The position numbers were made by a program, and so were the translations under genes. The notes under the pieces are model-generated. The model made no database searches, was not told the origin of the DNA, and worked only from the letters and a program-made list of their open reading frames with translations. This document shows, piece by piece, positions 8,198 to 18,304 of a stretch of 64,000 bases of DNA. The stretch spans positions 32,001 through 96,000 of the forward strand of contig CAWDEM010000008.1 of assembly GCA_963801355.1 (NCBI GenBank). Direction: 5' to 3'. Position 1 is the stretch's first letter, and each line of letters starts with the position of its first letter. The stretch comes from Ignavibacteriota bacterium (lineage in GTDB: Bacteria; Bacteroidota; Ignavibacteria; UBA10030; UBA6906).

Positions 8198-11100
8198 ATG
8201 TCTGAAAGTATGTCTGCCATTAAGAGCTTCCTCGTGCTATCGCTTATCCTTGCCTTTATCCGCGCCCCCGTCCATCCGCAACAAGACAACCTGGTATTCG
8301 AACCGCTCTCTGTTGATCAGGGCATGCCGACCGCCGTGAGGTACATCCTTCAAGATAGAACCGGCTATTTATGGTTTGGTACGTATAGTGGCCTTCACCG
8401 GTTTGACGGGTACAGCTTCGTGTCTTACAGACACGATGCTGGTGATACTTCGAGTATAGTTGACAACAACGCCTCCACCCTGTATGAAGACAAAGCGGGA
8501 GTGCTGTGGATAGGGAGCCCGCTTGGGCTTGACAAATTCGATCGCACAATCGGTACGTTCTCGCATTATGTACCTGATCCAGCCGGCAGAGGAGAAGACC
8601 CAGGCAATAAGGTTTTGGCGATTCGTGAAGATAGAAATGGTGCTCTCTGGGTTGGGACTGAGGGAGGGCTATATCAATTCGATAGAGCAACAGGGAAATT
8701 CACGGCGCTGAGAATTGGTACCACTGATTCCGTTGGCATGTCTCATAACCCTGTGAACGCAATCCACGAGGATGAAGAAGGATCGCTATGGTTTGCGACT
8801 CGTGAAGGGCTTGACAAGTATGACATTGAAGCGGGGGAGCTTATTCGTTGTTGGAATGACTCAGGCAATCGGCAAGGGCGGTGGGTAGATACTTCAATGT
8901 ACTGTGTCAACGCACTCTGTGCCGATGAGACCGGGGTACTGTGGCTGGGGACGAATGGAGGATTGGTGGAGTTCAACCCCAGGACGGGGACCACTTCCCG
9001 TTATCGCTACAACCCCCCGAAAGGATACAATCAGGTCCACCAGATCTGCCAGGATGCCACAACCGGTTCCTTCTGGCTGGCGACCGGCAGATTGCTTCTC
9101 TCTTATGATAGACAGTCAGAAGCATTCACCAAATATGAGTATCGAACAAACGCCGTTTGTAACGAGCGATCCGGAACACTCTGGGCTGGGACAGATACCT
9201 ACATACAAAAGCTCAACCGGGCAAAACAGCCCTTCAAGAAATATCCAATGGATATCACGGCCCAGGTGATCAAGAGCGGAAAGGAAGGAACACTCTGGAT
9301 CAAAATACCTAACGGATATAGGAAGTTTGACATACGAAGAGAAGAATTCGTTCCGTTTTCGTTTGGCAAGAATATCGTGAAGTTTGTGTACAATTCGGGA
9401 GGTGAGGTGTTGCTCTACTGGGAAAACGATTTGCTGTCCACGGTAGATAGTTCTGGCGCAAGACATGACTGGGAGCCGTGCTCGCGATCGTTCGCGAATT
9501 CAGTTTCGGCCAGCTGGAAAGGGAGCAAAGGATACTGGTTCGGTACTCGCTTCGGCGGTCTCTTTCTTGTCGATTTCAAGAAGCCACGCTTCAGAGAAAT
9601 CAGGAATGTGAGGCTACATATAGATCGCATCTATGAAGATACCGGCGGTGCAGTTTGGGTTGCCACCGCAATGGGCAAGTTGTTCTGCTGTGACCAGGCA
9701 GAGGATACAATCATCGAATTCATCCCCGAGTCCGGAAAACCTTCAGCGGTAAGTGGGAGAAGGTTTAATGACGTTCTTGAGGATAGCAAGGGGGGGCTAT
9801 GGTTCGCTGCAAATGATGGCTTGTTAAAGCTCGACCGTTCAGCAAAGAAGTTCGTTCGCTATTTCGAAAAAGACGGTTTGCCCAGCAATGACGTACGAGG
9901 TGTTCTCGAAGATGATCATGGTTGTTTGTGGATTGCCACTAACAAGGGCATCTCGAAGTTCGATCCTGAGACAAATCACATCAAGAATTATGATGCTTCC
10001 TACGGTCTGGAACCGACAGCGGATGTGTTCCTTGGCAAAGGGTGCAAAACAAGAAACGGTGAAATGTATTTTGGAGGAGCGGGGGGGTTCACGCGTTTTC
10101 ATCCCGACAGTGTGAAGGACAATCCGTTTGTGCCGCCGGTTGTGATAACATCCTTCAGAAAATTCGACAAAGCGTATCCACTCCCGCATGATGTCCGCCT
10201 CTCGTACGATGAGAACTTCATTGCATTTGAGTTTGCAGCGCTGAGCTACATAAGTCCGGAAAGGAACCAGTATACCTACAAGATGGAGGGACTAGACAAG
10301 GATTGGGTGCATTCAGGGACACGGCGTTATGCGTCCTATCCGGGCCTGGAGCCCGGTGAATACACGTTCAGAGTAAGGGGGTCGAACAACGACGGGGTAT
10401 GGAATGAAGCCGGAACGTCGGTTTCGATCGTCATTTCTCCCCCCTGGTGGAAAACCACGTGGGCATATGCTCTCTACGCGCTGATGGTTCTTGGCACCCT
10501 CTATGTCACCTGGAAAATGCAGGTGAAGAGAATAGGAGAGAGGCAGGAATATGAGATGAGCAGGTTCGAAGCAGAGAAGCTGCGCGAGATGGATGGGATG
10601 AAATCGCGCTTCTTTGCGAACATTTCCCATGAGTTCAGAACGCCCCTCACGTTGATCCTGGGACCTGTCAAACAGATTATTGAGAGGACAGAGGAGGAAG
10701 ACACCAGAAGCGGTTTGCAGGCTGTTCACCGGAATGCGGACAGGCTTCTTGGGCTTGTGAACCAGCTGCTTGATCTCTCCAAGCTGGAGTCGGGCGCCAT
10801 GAAGCTGCGGACAGTCCGTCTGAATATCGTTCCACTGTTGAAAGCCCTGGTGCTGTCGTTCGCTTCGTATGCAGAACGGAAGCGAATCACGCTGACGTTC
10901 AACGTAAACGAAATGGAAATATCCACCTACGTAGACAGGGACAAGATCGAGAAGATCACCACCAACATACTTTCCAACGCGTTCAAATTCACTCCTGAAA
11001 GTGGAAGGATTGACGTGTCGGTGACGAGAACTGAAGACCGCGTGACCGTAGCTGTGGCCGATACGGGGATCGGTATTCCGGCCGACAAGATCTCCAGGAT

Positions 11101-12181
11101 CTTCGATCGATTCTATCAGGTGGATGGAAGCCATACAAGAGAACAGGAAGGTACCGGGATCGGCCTGTCATTGACAAAGGAACTGGTGGAGCTACACAAA
11201 GGGACAATTGAAGTCGAGAGCGCAGCAGGAAAGGGAACAACAGTTGTGATTCACCTTCCTCTGGGGAAAGAACACTTGAAGCCGGAAGAGATATGCGACG
11301 TTGAGGAGGAGGGGAAGAGCGAACTGATTGCCAGGCCGACTTCCTCTGTTCCGGAGGAGCTGCTCAACCATGGAGTGACGAAGGCCGCGAAGCCTGAGAT
11401 TGGCGTGTTCACGGAAACAGAAAAGCCACTGCTGCTCATCGTAGAAGACAATGCCGATGTCAGAGATTACATACAGAATGATCTCAAACGGGAGTATGGA
11501 ATTCTGGAGGCTGTGGATGGAGAGGACGGCTGGAGGAAATCCCTTGAGCATATGCCTGATGTCGTTGTCAGCGATGTCATGATGCCGAAAATGGATGGGT
11601 TCAGCCTCTGTGATCAAATCAAAAAGGACGAACGAACAAGCCACATACCTGTCATCCTGCTAACGGCGAAGGCGTCGCAGCAGGACAAGATCGAAGGGCT
11701 TGAGACAGGCGCAGATGATTACATCATGAAACCATTTGAACCGGCAGAACTCAATGCAAGAATACATAATCTCATCGAACAGAGGAAGAGAATTCATGAG
11801 CATTTCAGAAGGCACGGATTGTATGACATAGAGGATAAAAGCATCACGCCTGTTGATCAGAAATTCCTGCAGAACGCTCTCGCAGTCATCACCAGGCATA
11901 TGTCGGATCCCACATTCGGGGTGGAGTCACTGGCAGCGGAGTTGGCTGTGAGCAGATCGGTGCTTCTCAAGAAGATCGAGGCGTTGGTCGGCGAGCCGCC
12001 GAATGACCTGATCAAGAGGACTCGATTGACCACAGCTGCGAAGCTCATCGAACGCAGATTTGGCAATATGTCCGAAATCGCACTGGAAGTGGGCTTCAAT
12101 AACCCGTCCTATTTCGCCAAATCCTTCAAGAAGCAATTCGGCATCAACCCCTCGCGCTACCTCCGCAATCCCATCTCGTAG
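8198..12181 (+). CDS. Hybrid two-component system sensor-regulator (Reg_prop beta-propellers, Y_Y_Y, HisKA, HATPase, receiver, AraC HTH)
   Basis: QDRTGYLWFGT repeats; YASYPGLEPGEYTFRVRGSNNDG; NISHEFRTPLTLI; GTGIGLSL; SDVMMPKMDG; EVGFNNPSYFAKSFKKQFG. ATG 8198 follows GAGGAGG. Confidence 0.93.
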   Translation: MSESMSAIKSFLVLSLILAFIRAPVHPQQDNLVFEPLSVDQGMPTAVRYILQDRTGYLWFGTYSGLHRFDGYSFVSYRHDAGDTSSIVDNNASTLYEDKAGVLWIGSPLGLDKFDRTIGTFSHYVPDPAGRGEDPGNKVLAIREDRNGALWVGTEGGLYQFDRATGKFTALRIGTTDSVGMSHNPVNAIHEDEEGSLWFATREGLDKYDIEAGELIRCWNDSGNRQGRWVDTSMYCVNALCADETGVLWLGTNGGLVEFNPRTGTTSRYRYNPPKGYNQVHQICQDATTGSFWLATGRLLLSYDRQSEAFTKYEYRTNAVCNERSGTLWAGTDTYIQKLNRAKQPFKKYPMDITAQVIKSGKEGTLWIKIPNGYRKFDIRREEFVPFSFGKNIVKFVYNSGGEVLLYWENDLLSTVDSSGARHDWEPCSRSFANSVSASWKGSKGYWFGTRFGGLFLVDFKKPRFREIRNVRLHIDRIYEDTGGAVWVATAMGKLFCCDQAEDTIIEFIPESGKPSAVSGRRFNDVLEDSKGGLWFAANDGLLKLDRSAKKFVRYFEKDGLPSNDVRGVLEDDHGCLWIATNKGISKFDPETNHIKNYDASYGLEPTADVFLGKGCKTRNGEMYFGGAGGFTRFHPDSVKDNPFVPPVVITSFRKFDKAYPLPHDVRLSYDENFIAFEFAALSYISPERNQYTYKMEGLDKDWVHSGTRRYASYPGLEPGEYTFRVRGSNNDGVWNEAGTSVSIVISPPWWKTTWAYALYALMVLGTLYVTWKMQVKRIGERQEYEMSRFEAEKLREMDGMKSRFFANISHEFRTPLTLILGPVKQIIERTEEEDTRSGLQAVHRNADRLLGLVNQLLDLSKLESGAMKLRTVRLNIVPLLKALVLSFASYAERKRITLTFNVNEMEISTYVDRDKIEKITTNILSNAFKFTPESGRIDVSVTRTEDRVTVAVADTGIGIPADKISRIFDRFYQVDGSHTREQEGTGIGLSLTKELVELHKGTIEVESAAGKGTTVVIHLPLGKEHLKPEEICDVEEEGKSELIARPTSSVPEELLNHGVTKAAKPEIGVFTETEKPLLLIVEDNADVRDYIQNDLKREYGILEAVDGEDGWRKSLEHMPDVVVSDVMMPKMDGFSLCDQIKKDERTSHIPVILLTAKASQQDKIEGLETGADDYIMKPFEPAELNARIHNLIEQRKRIHEHFRRHGLYDIEDKSITPVDQKFLQNALAVITRHMSDPTFGVESLAAELAVSRSVLLKKIEALVGEPPNDLIKRTRLTTAAKLIERRFGNMSEIALEVGFNNPSYFAKSFKKQFGINPSRYLRNPIS

Positions 12182-12383
12182 TTGAAGGTGCGTATTCCCC
12201 CGGCAAGTCGTGAGACTTCGACGCAGCGCTTAACCCGCTCTCATCGAAGGAGTTATGGAAAATCGTCTTCCGTGAGAAATGCAAGATTGTCAGCATTTGA
12301 CGCGTCGTTGCTAGAAAACATCTGTTTCGGCCACTAATATTGCTTGGTTGACCCTACACACCTCAAGACAGATAGGAGGCCAT

Positions 12384-13601
12384 ATGTCAGGCGCAATCAG
12401 ATGTTGTCTCATTCTTGTCTCCTCAGTCCTGATCCTTCCTGACGCCCAGGCACAAAGTGGAGCCTGGACAAGGAAGAAAGATATGCCAACAGGACGGGCG
12501 GCGTCCTGTGCCGCTGTGGTCAATAACAAGATTTATGTGATCGGAGGAGTGGACAGAAATATTGTTGATTTGGCTGACTACGAAGTCTATGATCCTTCGG
12601 CGGACACCTGGGAGGTGAAAAAGCCACTACCGACACCCAGGGGTTTTGTTTCCGCGGCGGCAGTGAATGGCATCATCTATGCGATTGGCGGGCATTATAT
12701 GGGTGCTGGTACCTCAGAAGTCCTCGCATACGATCCCGTCGCCGACACCGGCTGGACTCCAAAAGCACAGTTGCTGTCGCCCAGGTTCGGTGCAGCCGCA
12801 GGCGTGGTTGATGGAATAATCTATAATGTTGGGGGGAATCATACGGAGCACAATTGCGAAGCGTACAGTCCGGCAACAGACACATGGACGAGGAAAACCG
12901 ATATCCCGGAGACCTTCGGAGGGATAGCGGTGGCTCCATGTGGTGGACTACTCTATGCAATTGGTGGAGGATTTAAGATAGTATTCCAAACAGTCTTCGC
13001 TTATGACGCGAAGACAGACGAATGGACAAAGAAGACAGACATGCCCACGCCACGAGGTTGGTCACACCCCGCCCCCGTGGTTGACGGGAGGATATATGTC
13101 GTGGGGGGGTATAAAAGCGTTTACGGTGAAGTGCTATCAAACGTGGAAGCGTATGATACGGTTTGGGGCTGGACAAAGGAACCGGACATGCCATTCATAC
13201 GCACCATGTTTGCAGCCGCCGTAGTGAACGGCAAGATCTACGTCATAGGTGGGACGACTGACTTCGGTTCGGTCGAGAAGGATGTCTGGGAGTACGATCC
13301 GTTGTTCACGTCGGTGGGGAGGTTTTCTGAATTGCCGGGGCATTTCGTTCTTGGACAGAACTACCCCAACCCCTTCAACCCGAGCACGACCATCAAGTAC
13401 GAGTTGCCCAAATCCTCTGAAGTGAGGTTGAGTGTGTACGACATGCTCTGCCGCGAGGTGTCCGTGTTGGTGAATGAGAGGAAGGATGCGGGAATACACG
13501 AAGTCAGGTTCGACGGTCACGGGCTTTCTAGTGGAGTGTATTTCTACCGGATGCATGCAGGGGATTTCGTGCAGACGCGCAAGTTGGTTCTTCTCCAATA
13601 G
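12384..13601 (+). CDS. Kelch-repeat beta-propeller protein with T9SS C-terminal domain
   Basis: Six IY(V/A)IGG...YDP...W Kelch repeats, a signal peptide and QNYPNPFNPSTTIKYELP. AGGAGG precedes ATG 12384. Confidence 0.9.
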   Translation: MSGAIRCCLILVSSVLILPDAQAQSGAWTRKKDMPTGRAASCAAVVNNKIYVIGGVDRNIVDLADYEVYDPSADTWEVKKPLPTPRGFVSAAAVNGIIYAIGGHYMGAGTSEVLAYDPVADTGWTPKAQLLSPRFGAAAGVVDGIIYNVGGNHTEHNCEAYSPATDTWTRKTDIPETFGGIAVAPCGGLLYAIGGGFKIVFQTVFAYDAKTDEWTKKTDMPTPRGWSHPAPVVDGRIYVVGGYKSVYGEVLSNVEAYDTVWGWTKEPDMPFIRTMFAAAVVNGKIYVIGGTTDFGSVEKDVWEYDPLFTSVGRFSELPGHFVLGQNYPNPFNPSTTIKYELPKSSEVRLSVYDMLCREVSVLVNERKDAGIHEVRFDGHGLSSGVYFYRMHAGDFVQTRKLVLLQ

Positions 13602-14430
13602 TAGCTGATTTTCCCGGGTTCATGTTGGCGTTTCTCTTGATGTGGAGTGTGCATTCTATCGCCTGTGGCGGCAACGCATCAACACTACAGGACGTAGGGC
13701 ATGGAGCACCCTGCCTCAAGGGTGGTATGGTGCCGGGGGCGGCCTCTACAAGATCCAAGAGACTGAAAGGAGGGATTTGAAATGAAGAATCTATGCTGGT
13801 TGATGCTCGTGCTCACATTGCCAACAACCTTATGGAGCCAGGAACGCATTGGAAGACATACGGTTGCTGAATGGCGCGACATCATTGACACGACTTGGGG
13901 AGCCGGCGAAACAACGGATGAGAAGCTTCGGATATTCGATCTCTTCTGGGATGCTGTTGATCAGCAATATGCGGGTTTCGGGGGGATAGAAGACAAATGG
14001 CAACAGATGAGAAGCTATCAGGACACCGTAGCCCTGGGAGTCAGCAGAGGGAGGTTTGCTGGGATTTGCGGCCATCTTGTGCAGTCTTTGCAGGACATCC
14101 ATGTGAACATGTGTGACGTTGGCGTTTCTTCAACACCGCTGAGCGCTGGTGCGCCGTTGCTCTATCCTATCGGGTTTGACATGCCGTCCCAGAACTGGGG
14201 AGCCATTCGCCACTTTGGGGCCTGCCTTACTCCGCTGCCGGACAGCACACTGCTCATCTATGCGGCGGTTGACAACCATCTGCTGGGTCTGGTTCGGGGC
14301 GATGTCGTACTGGGTTATGATGGGAGGTTGTGGAAAGATCTGATCCGGGAGTTGCTGAAGATTCAATTCCCACCCGCCTTGCATCCCACTATGTCAGGGT
14401 AAGCCAGGGCAGGTACGCACCAATTACTAG

Positions 14431-15768
14431 GGGCTAGGTTTGCAATAGAACCGTACACCTGTTAAAGAGTTGTGAGCCGTTCTTTTCTGTGGTAGTTTCA
14501 TGAGTCGCCACAGAAAACAAACCATACAAGATGAGGACGGCTCACCGGTGAAACAACAAGAAGCACAACAACTCTTTGCTGAAGTCCATCGGCTACACAA
14601 AGTCGGTCAGAACAACAGTCAGATTGCCGAGGCCCTTCGTTTGCGTCGGGCCACGGTAATCGAGTGGCTCGGTCGTGAAGCGTACATAGACAACCGCGGG
14701 TGGAAGCAAGGTCGAGCTCGTAAGCACACCGACCCCGCGATGGTCAAACGGATCTGCCGGCTCAAGCAGCGACGCGTGCATGACAACTATCTCGTCGGCA
14801 GCGAGTATGTGCAGATGGACTATTGTAAAAGCTACCCGAGTCAGGAAGTACCGTCGGTCTGGTTCATTGACAGCGTCGTGCGCAAAGCCGGCCTCCAGAC
14901 CAGGAAGCCGAAAACGAAACGACGGGGAGGCTCGGCCTATTTACTGTACCCAGTGGTGTCCATGCACCGCCTGGGACTGATCCAAGAGTCAGCGGACTTC
15001 ATCGGCAAAAAGGATTTGGACGGCTCTCCGCGTCCCGTGACGATTTTCTCCAGTTGCTATTACAGGCCGTTCAAAATGTATCAGATCCAGCGAACAGAGG
15101 CAGAAAAGGCCACTTTGGCAATCGAGATCCTCTGCCAACAGTGGACAGACTTTCCTGTTCCACACGTCCTGCGCATGGATAACGCGGGACCGTTCCGGGG
15201 CACGGGTACCTCACCTCGGCGTTTGGGAACCTTTGTCGTCTTCCTGCTGAACCTGGGCGTTGTCCCCTTGTTTGGATCGCCTTCCCGGCCATGGACTAAT
15301 GGTGCGGTCGAAGGTCACAACCGCGTGTTCACCGAGAAGGTCTGGCTGAGGAATCGCTTCAGCTCTCTGGAAGAAGTCGATCGAGAGACCAAGCGCTTCA
15401 ACGATGAAGGCCGTGAGTTCTTCCGCTTCCGATACCAATCGCTCGTCGATCGGTTCCGTGCGCGGCGTCTGGGACCAAAGCGGACAATCGACATCGAGCA
15501 CTTACGCACGCGGCGCAACAAGAAAATCAACTTCGTACGCTTCGTGGAACCGTCGCTCGACGAACCAAGACCACACATCGTAGTTATGAATGAGCGGGTC
15601 TTTCTGCCGGACCCATACGTCAACCAATTTGTCTTTGCAACATGGGATCTGGAGCAAGAACAGCTCTCTGTTGTCTCTGAATATCAAGGAACTTGTAGAC
15701 CTATCCTTCGTCGTTCCTTCAAAATCAATGAATAGAAGGGGTGTACGGTTTTATTGCAAAGTTAGCAA
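14431..15768 (+). mobile_element. Intact IS element with a CTAG target duplication and ~26-bp imperfect inverted repeats
   Basis: CTAG at 14427-14430 and 15769-15772. CTAGGTTTGCAATAGAACCGTACACC pairs with GGTGTACGGTTTTATTGCAAAGTTAG (3 mismatches). Confidence 0.9.
14500..15735 (+). CDS. DDE (rve/integrase core) transposase
   Basis: N-terminal HTH (SQIAEALRLRRATVIEWL); putative catalytic D (SADFIG), D (RMDNAGPF) and E (NGAVEGHNRVF). Confidence 0.88.
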   Translation: MSRHRKQTIQDEDGSPVKQQEAQQLFAEVHRLHKVGQNNSQIAEALRLRRATVIEWLGREAYIDNRGWKQGRARKHTDPAMVKRICRLKQRRVHDNYLVGSEYVQMDYCKSYPSQEVPSVWFIDSVVRKAGLQTRKPKTKRRGGSAYLLYPVVSMHRLGLIQESADFIGKKDLDGSPRPVTIFSSCYYRPFKMYQIQRTEAEKATLAIEILCQQWTDFPVPHVLRMDNAGPFRGTGTSPRRLGTFVVFLLNLGVVPLFGSPSRPWTNGAVEGHNRVFTEKVWLRNRFSSLEEVDRETKRFNDEGREFFRFRYQSLVDRFRARRLGPKRTIDIEHLRTRRNKKINFVRFVEPSLDEPRPHIVVMNERVFLPDPYVNQFVFATWDLEQEQLSVVSEYQGTCRPILRRSFKINE

Positions 15769-17564
15769 CTAGGCAGTGCCGGAATGAACTGGCATCTCTT
15801 TGACACCATTGACGTCGTCAGGAACGCAACCGGAGACACGGTCCATCTTCCGACCAATCTTCTGTCCGATCCAATGCCAGAGATCCATGTCACAGAACAG
15901 CTGCCGGTTGACGGAGTCCCTTTCCCGGACGTGGCGAGCGGTCGCCTGGTGGGCTGGGGCTACGTCCGCGGAACGAAGATAGGGTATATCTACTCCTGGG
16001 GGTGGGGCGAAGGATCCTTCGACAGTTTTGTGCTAGCAGTGAATGCGCTGATGCCCGACAGTGCCTCCGATGGTCTCATCATTGATCTGCGGCTCAACCA
16101 AGGCGGAGCAACAGGTTTCATTGGAGGTTTTCAAAGATTGTTCAATCAGGACATAGAGCCGATGCGTGTCTGTGTTCGCGCCAGCCCTGCAGACCATTTT
16201 GCGATGCGTGATGACGGACCCGATCATTCTTTGACGGAAACTGACCGTCAGATCTACGATCGACCGATTGCTGTCTTATGCGGGCCGTTCGCACTGTCAG
16301 GTGGAGACAAGTCGACCCACCTGTTGCGGCACCATCCCATGGTCAGGACCTTCGGACTGCCGACGAACGGGAGCTTCAGCAAAGTGGCCATCAATAGCAT
16401 AGCCGGAATCCCCTCACCGTGGCTAACATGGATGAGCTGGGGCGCTGACTACACGCCCCCGGACATGAATGACATTCTTCTCCACAGGAGCGTTCCCGTG
16501 GACGAAGAGGTCTGGCTTACCCGAGCTGGAGTGGCGGTGGGAGAGGATGATGTGGTCAAGCGCGCGTGTGCATGGATTTCAAGCCTTGCACATGCGCACG
16601 ACGTTCACGTCAGCAGAAACGTGGTCGCGAAAACGGGCGATACTGTGGCGGTAAGGGCAAAGGTCGAAAATCCCGAGGGTCATGCGCTTTCAGTCTCGGC
16701 AATCATTGCAGACGCGAACAATCTTCCCGCCGACTCCGTCATTCTCATGAACGATGGAATGCACGGCGACGGTGCCGCGGGGGACTGCATCTGGGGTGCT
16801 ACGTTGACGATCCCGTCAGAAGAGGGGTTCTTCGGCATTTCCGTCCAGACGGTTGATCAGACTCGAGGCACATCTCGAAGACTCCCCAACGTGCGGGCTG
16901 TGACTTCCGCCGGCCCGATTCGCTTCAACGGTTATGCGTTTTCATCCGCTGACACTGCCGCGAGCCCCGGGAAGATCATGACCTACCGCATTTCGCTGGT
17001 GAATTCCGGAACGAACGTGCCGGTGCCAAAGGTCACGGCGAGGGTGCGGTCGCTGGATACGACCGTAGTGATCCAGAAGGCGGAACTGCTGTACGGGGAC
17101 CTCGCGCCGGGACAATCGTCTTTCGGGACAGGCACTCAGAGGATTCGATATTCCCCGTCCCGCCCGGGGGGCTATGTGGTCAAGTTTTCGATCGACATTT
17201 TGAGCGATGGAATGATCTACTGGGAGGATACGTTTGCAGATGCGGTGACCGGGGTCGAGGAAGACGATTTGCCATTGCCGAACACTGTGGCGCTGGAGCA
17301 GAACTATCCCAACCCATTCAACCCATCGACGACGATCCGCTACGGCCTCCCCAATCGTTCGAGCGTAATCTTGACCGTCTTCAACACCCTCGGCCAGCAG
17401 GTCGCGACTCTTGTCCAGGGAGAACAGGAAGCCGGCTACCACGAGGTCAAGTTCGACGGGAGCGGGCTATCGAGCGGCGTGTACTTCTACCGGTTGAGGG
17501 CGGGAAGTTTCGTCCAAACGCGCAAGCTGGCTATTGTCCGATAGTTTCGGCTGATTGTCCCAAT

Positions 17565-17592
17565 AATGCCCGCTGATGAATCAACGGGCATT
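17565..17592 (+). terminator. Stem-loop after the S41 gene (possible terminator)
   Basis: AATGCCCG...CGGGCATT stem; no clear U-tract. Confidence 0.4.
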
Positions 17593-17671
17593 GCCATCTC
17601 GACACGCACATGCGTGCAGCGAAAGCCGTGAGGCGAAGTCACCAGACTGGATATTGAATTCCCTTTGGATT

Positions 17672-17730
17672 CGCTGTTATCTACGCGGATGGAATTGTGA
17701 AGAGCTGCAATGGAAGAAGTCCCCCTTACG
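17672..17730 (+). repeat. Abutting type B and type A transposon-end-like repeats
   Basis: CGCTGTTATCTACGCGGATGGAATTGTGAAGAGCTGCA is directly followed by ATGGAAGAAGTCCCCCTTACG. Confidence 0.7.
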
Positions 17731-18009
17731 GGGTAAACCAAACACGAGCCGCGATGCCGCCACGGTGTCGCGGCTTTCGTATGTATGCATGTACGTCTTG
17801 GTCCTCTCCGGATACCTGTGCCCAGGAATGCCAGCAGCACATTCCAGGGATTACCCGCTGACGTTCTCAATCTGGCGCAGGCGTGTCAGCACAGGGAAGC
17901 AATAATTGCTGTCATGGGCCACGAGACGATTCACAATTCAGAACAAGACCTTACGCCCACCAGCTTGTAGACATGCCGCTGCCATTTCATACTCCGGTTG
18001 GTTTGTCTT

Positions 18010-18167
18010 CGGGCTCCGGGAATGGAGAAAATACTACAACACGATCAGGCCGCACAGCTCACTGGGATTCAAACCACCGGCACTAGAACCAGACATCTTC
18101 CCTCAGGTCGCCAATGCCTGAAGATAGACAAAAGCAGAATATTGTCATCGACACCGGGGTCTGGTCA
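18010..18167 (+). pseudogene. IS3-family (IS407-like) transposase C-terminal remnant and right end
   Basis: EWRKYYNTIRPHSSLGFKPPA, with a terminal ...CCGGGGTCTGGTCA. Confidence 0.8.
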
Positions 18168-18174
18168 ACAACCC

Positions 18175-18203
18175 TTGACATGCCAGTGTAAATGTTCTAA
18201 ATT
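18175..18203 (+). promoter_or_regulatory. Sigma70-type promoter for the OmpA gene
   Basis: TTGACA-17 bp-TAAATT. Confidence 0.6.
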
Positions 18204-18304
18204 CTGTTCATCAAAAAGTGCGTCCCAACTAACTGGTCAATTCAACTTCACGTCTCTTATGTCCGTTAGAAGAATTTTCTATCAAATAGATTGAGAGGGA
18301 TTCC

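Larger units (their letters stand above)
13782..17544 (+). pseudogene. S41-family peptidase with T9SS C-terminal domain, interrupted by an IS and a TAA stop
   Basis: Removing 14431-15772 joins HQLL-GSAGMNWHLFD in frame. S41 motifs IIDLRLNQGG and GPFALSGGD are present, and there is an extra stop at 14400-14402. Confidence 0.88.

Noticed and set aside
12209-12220. CGTGAGACTTCG shared with 35820-35831
   Set aside because: Only 12 bp, and in opposite orientation relative to the downstream genes, so it could be chance.
17573-17640. Hammerhead ribozyme or c-di-GMP riboswitch (CTGATGA...GAAA, GCC-GTGA-GGC)
   Set aside because: CTGATGA sits inside a simple hairpin, and the spacing and stems do not fit either consensus.
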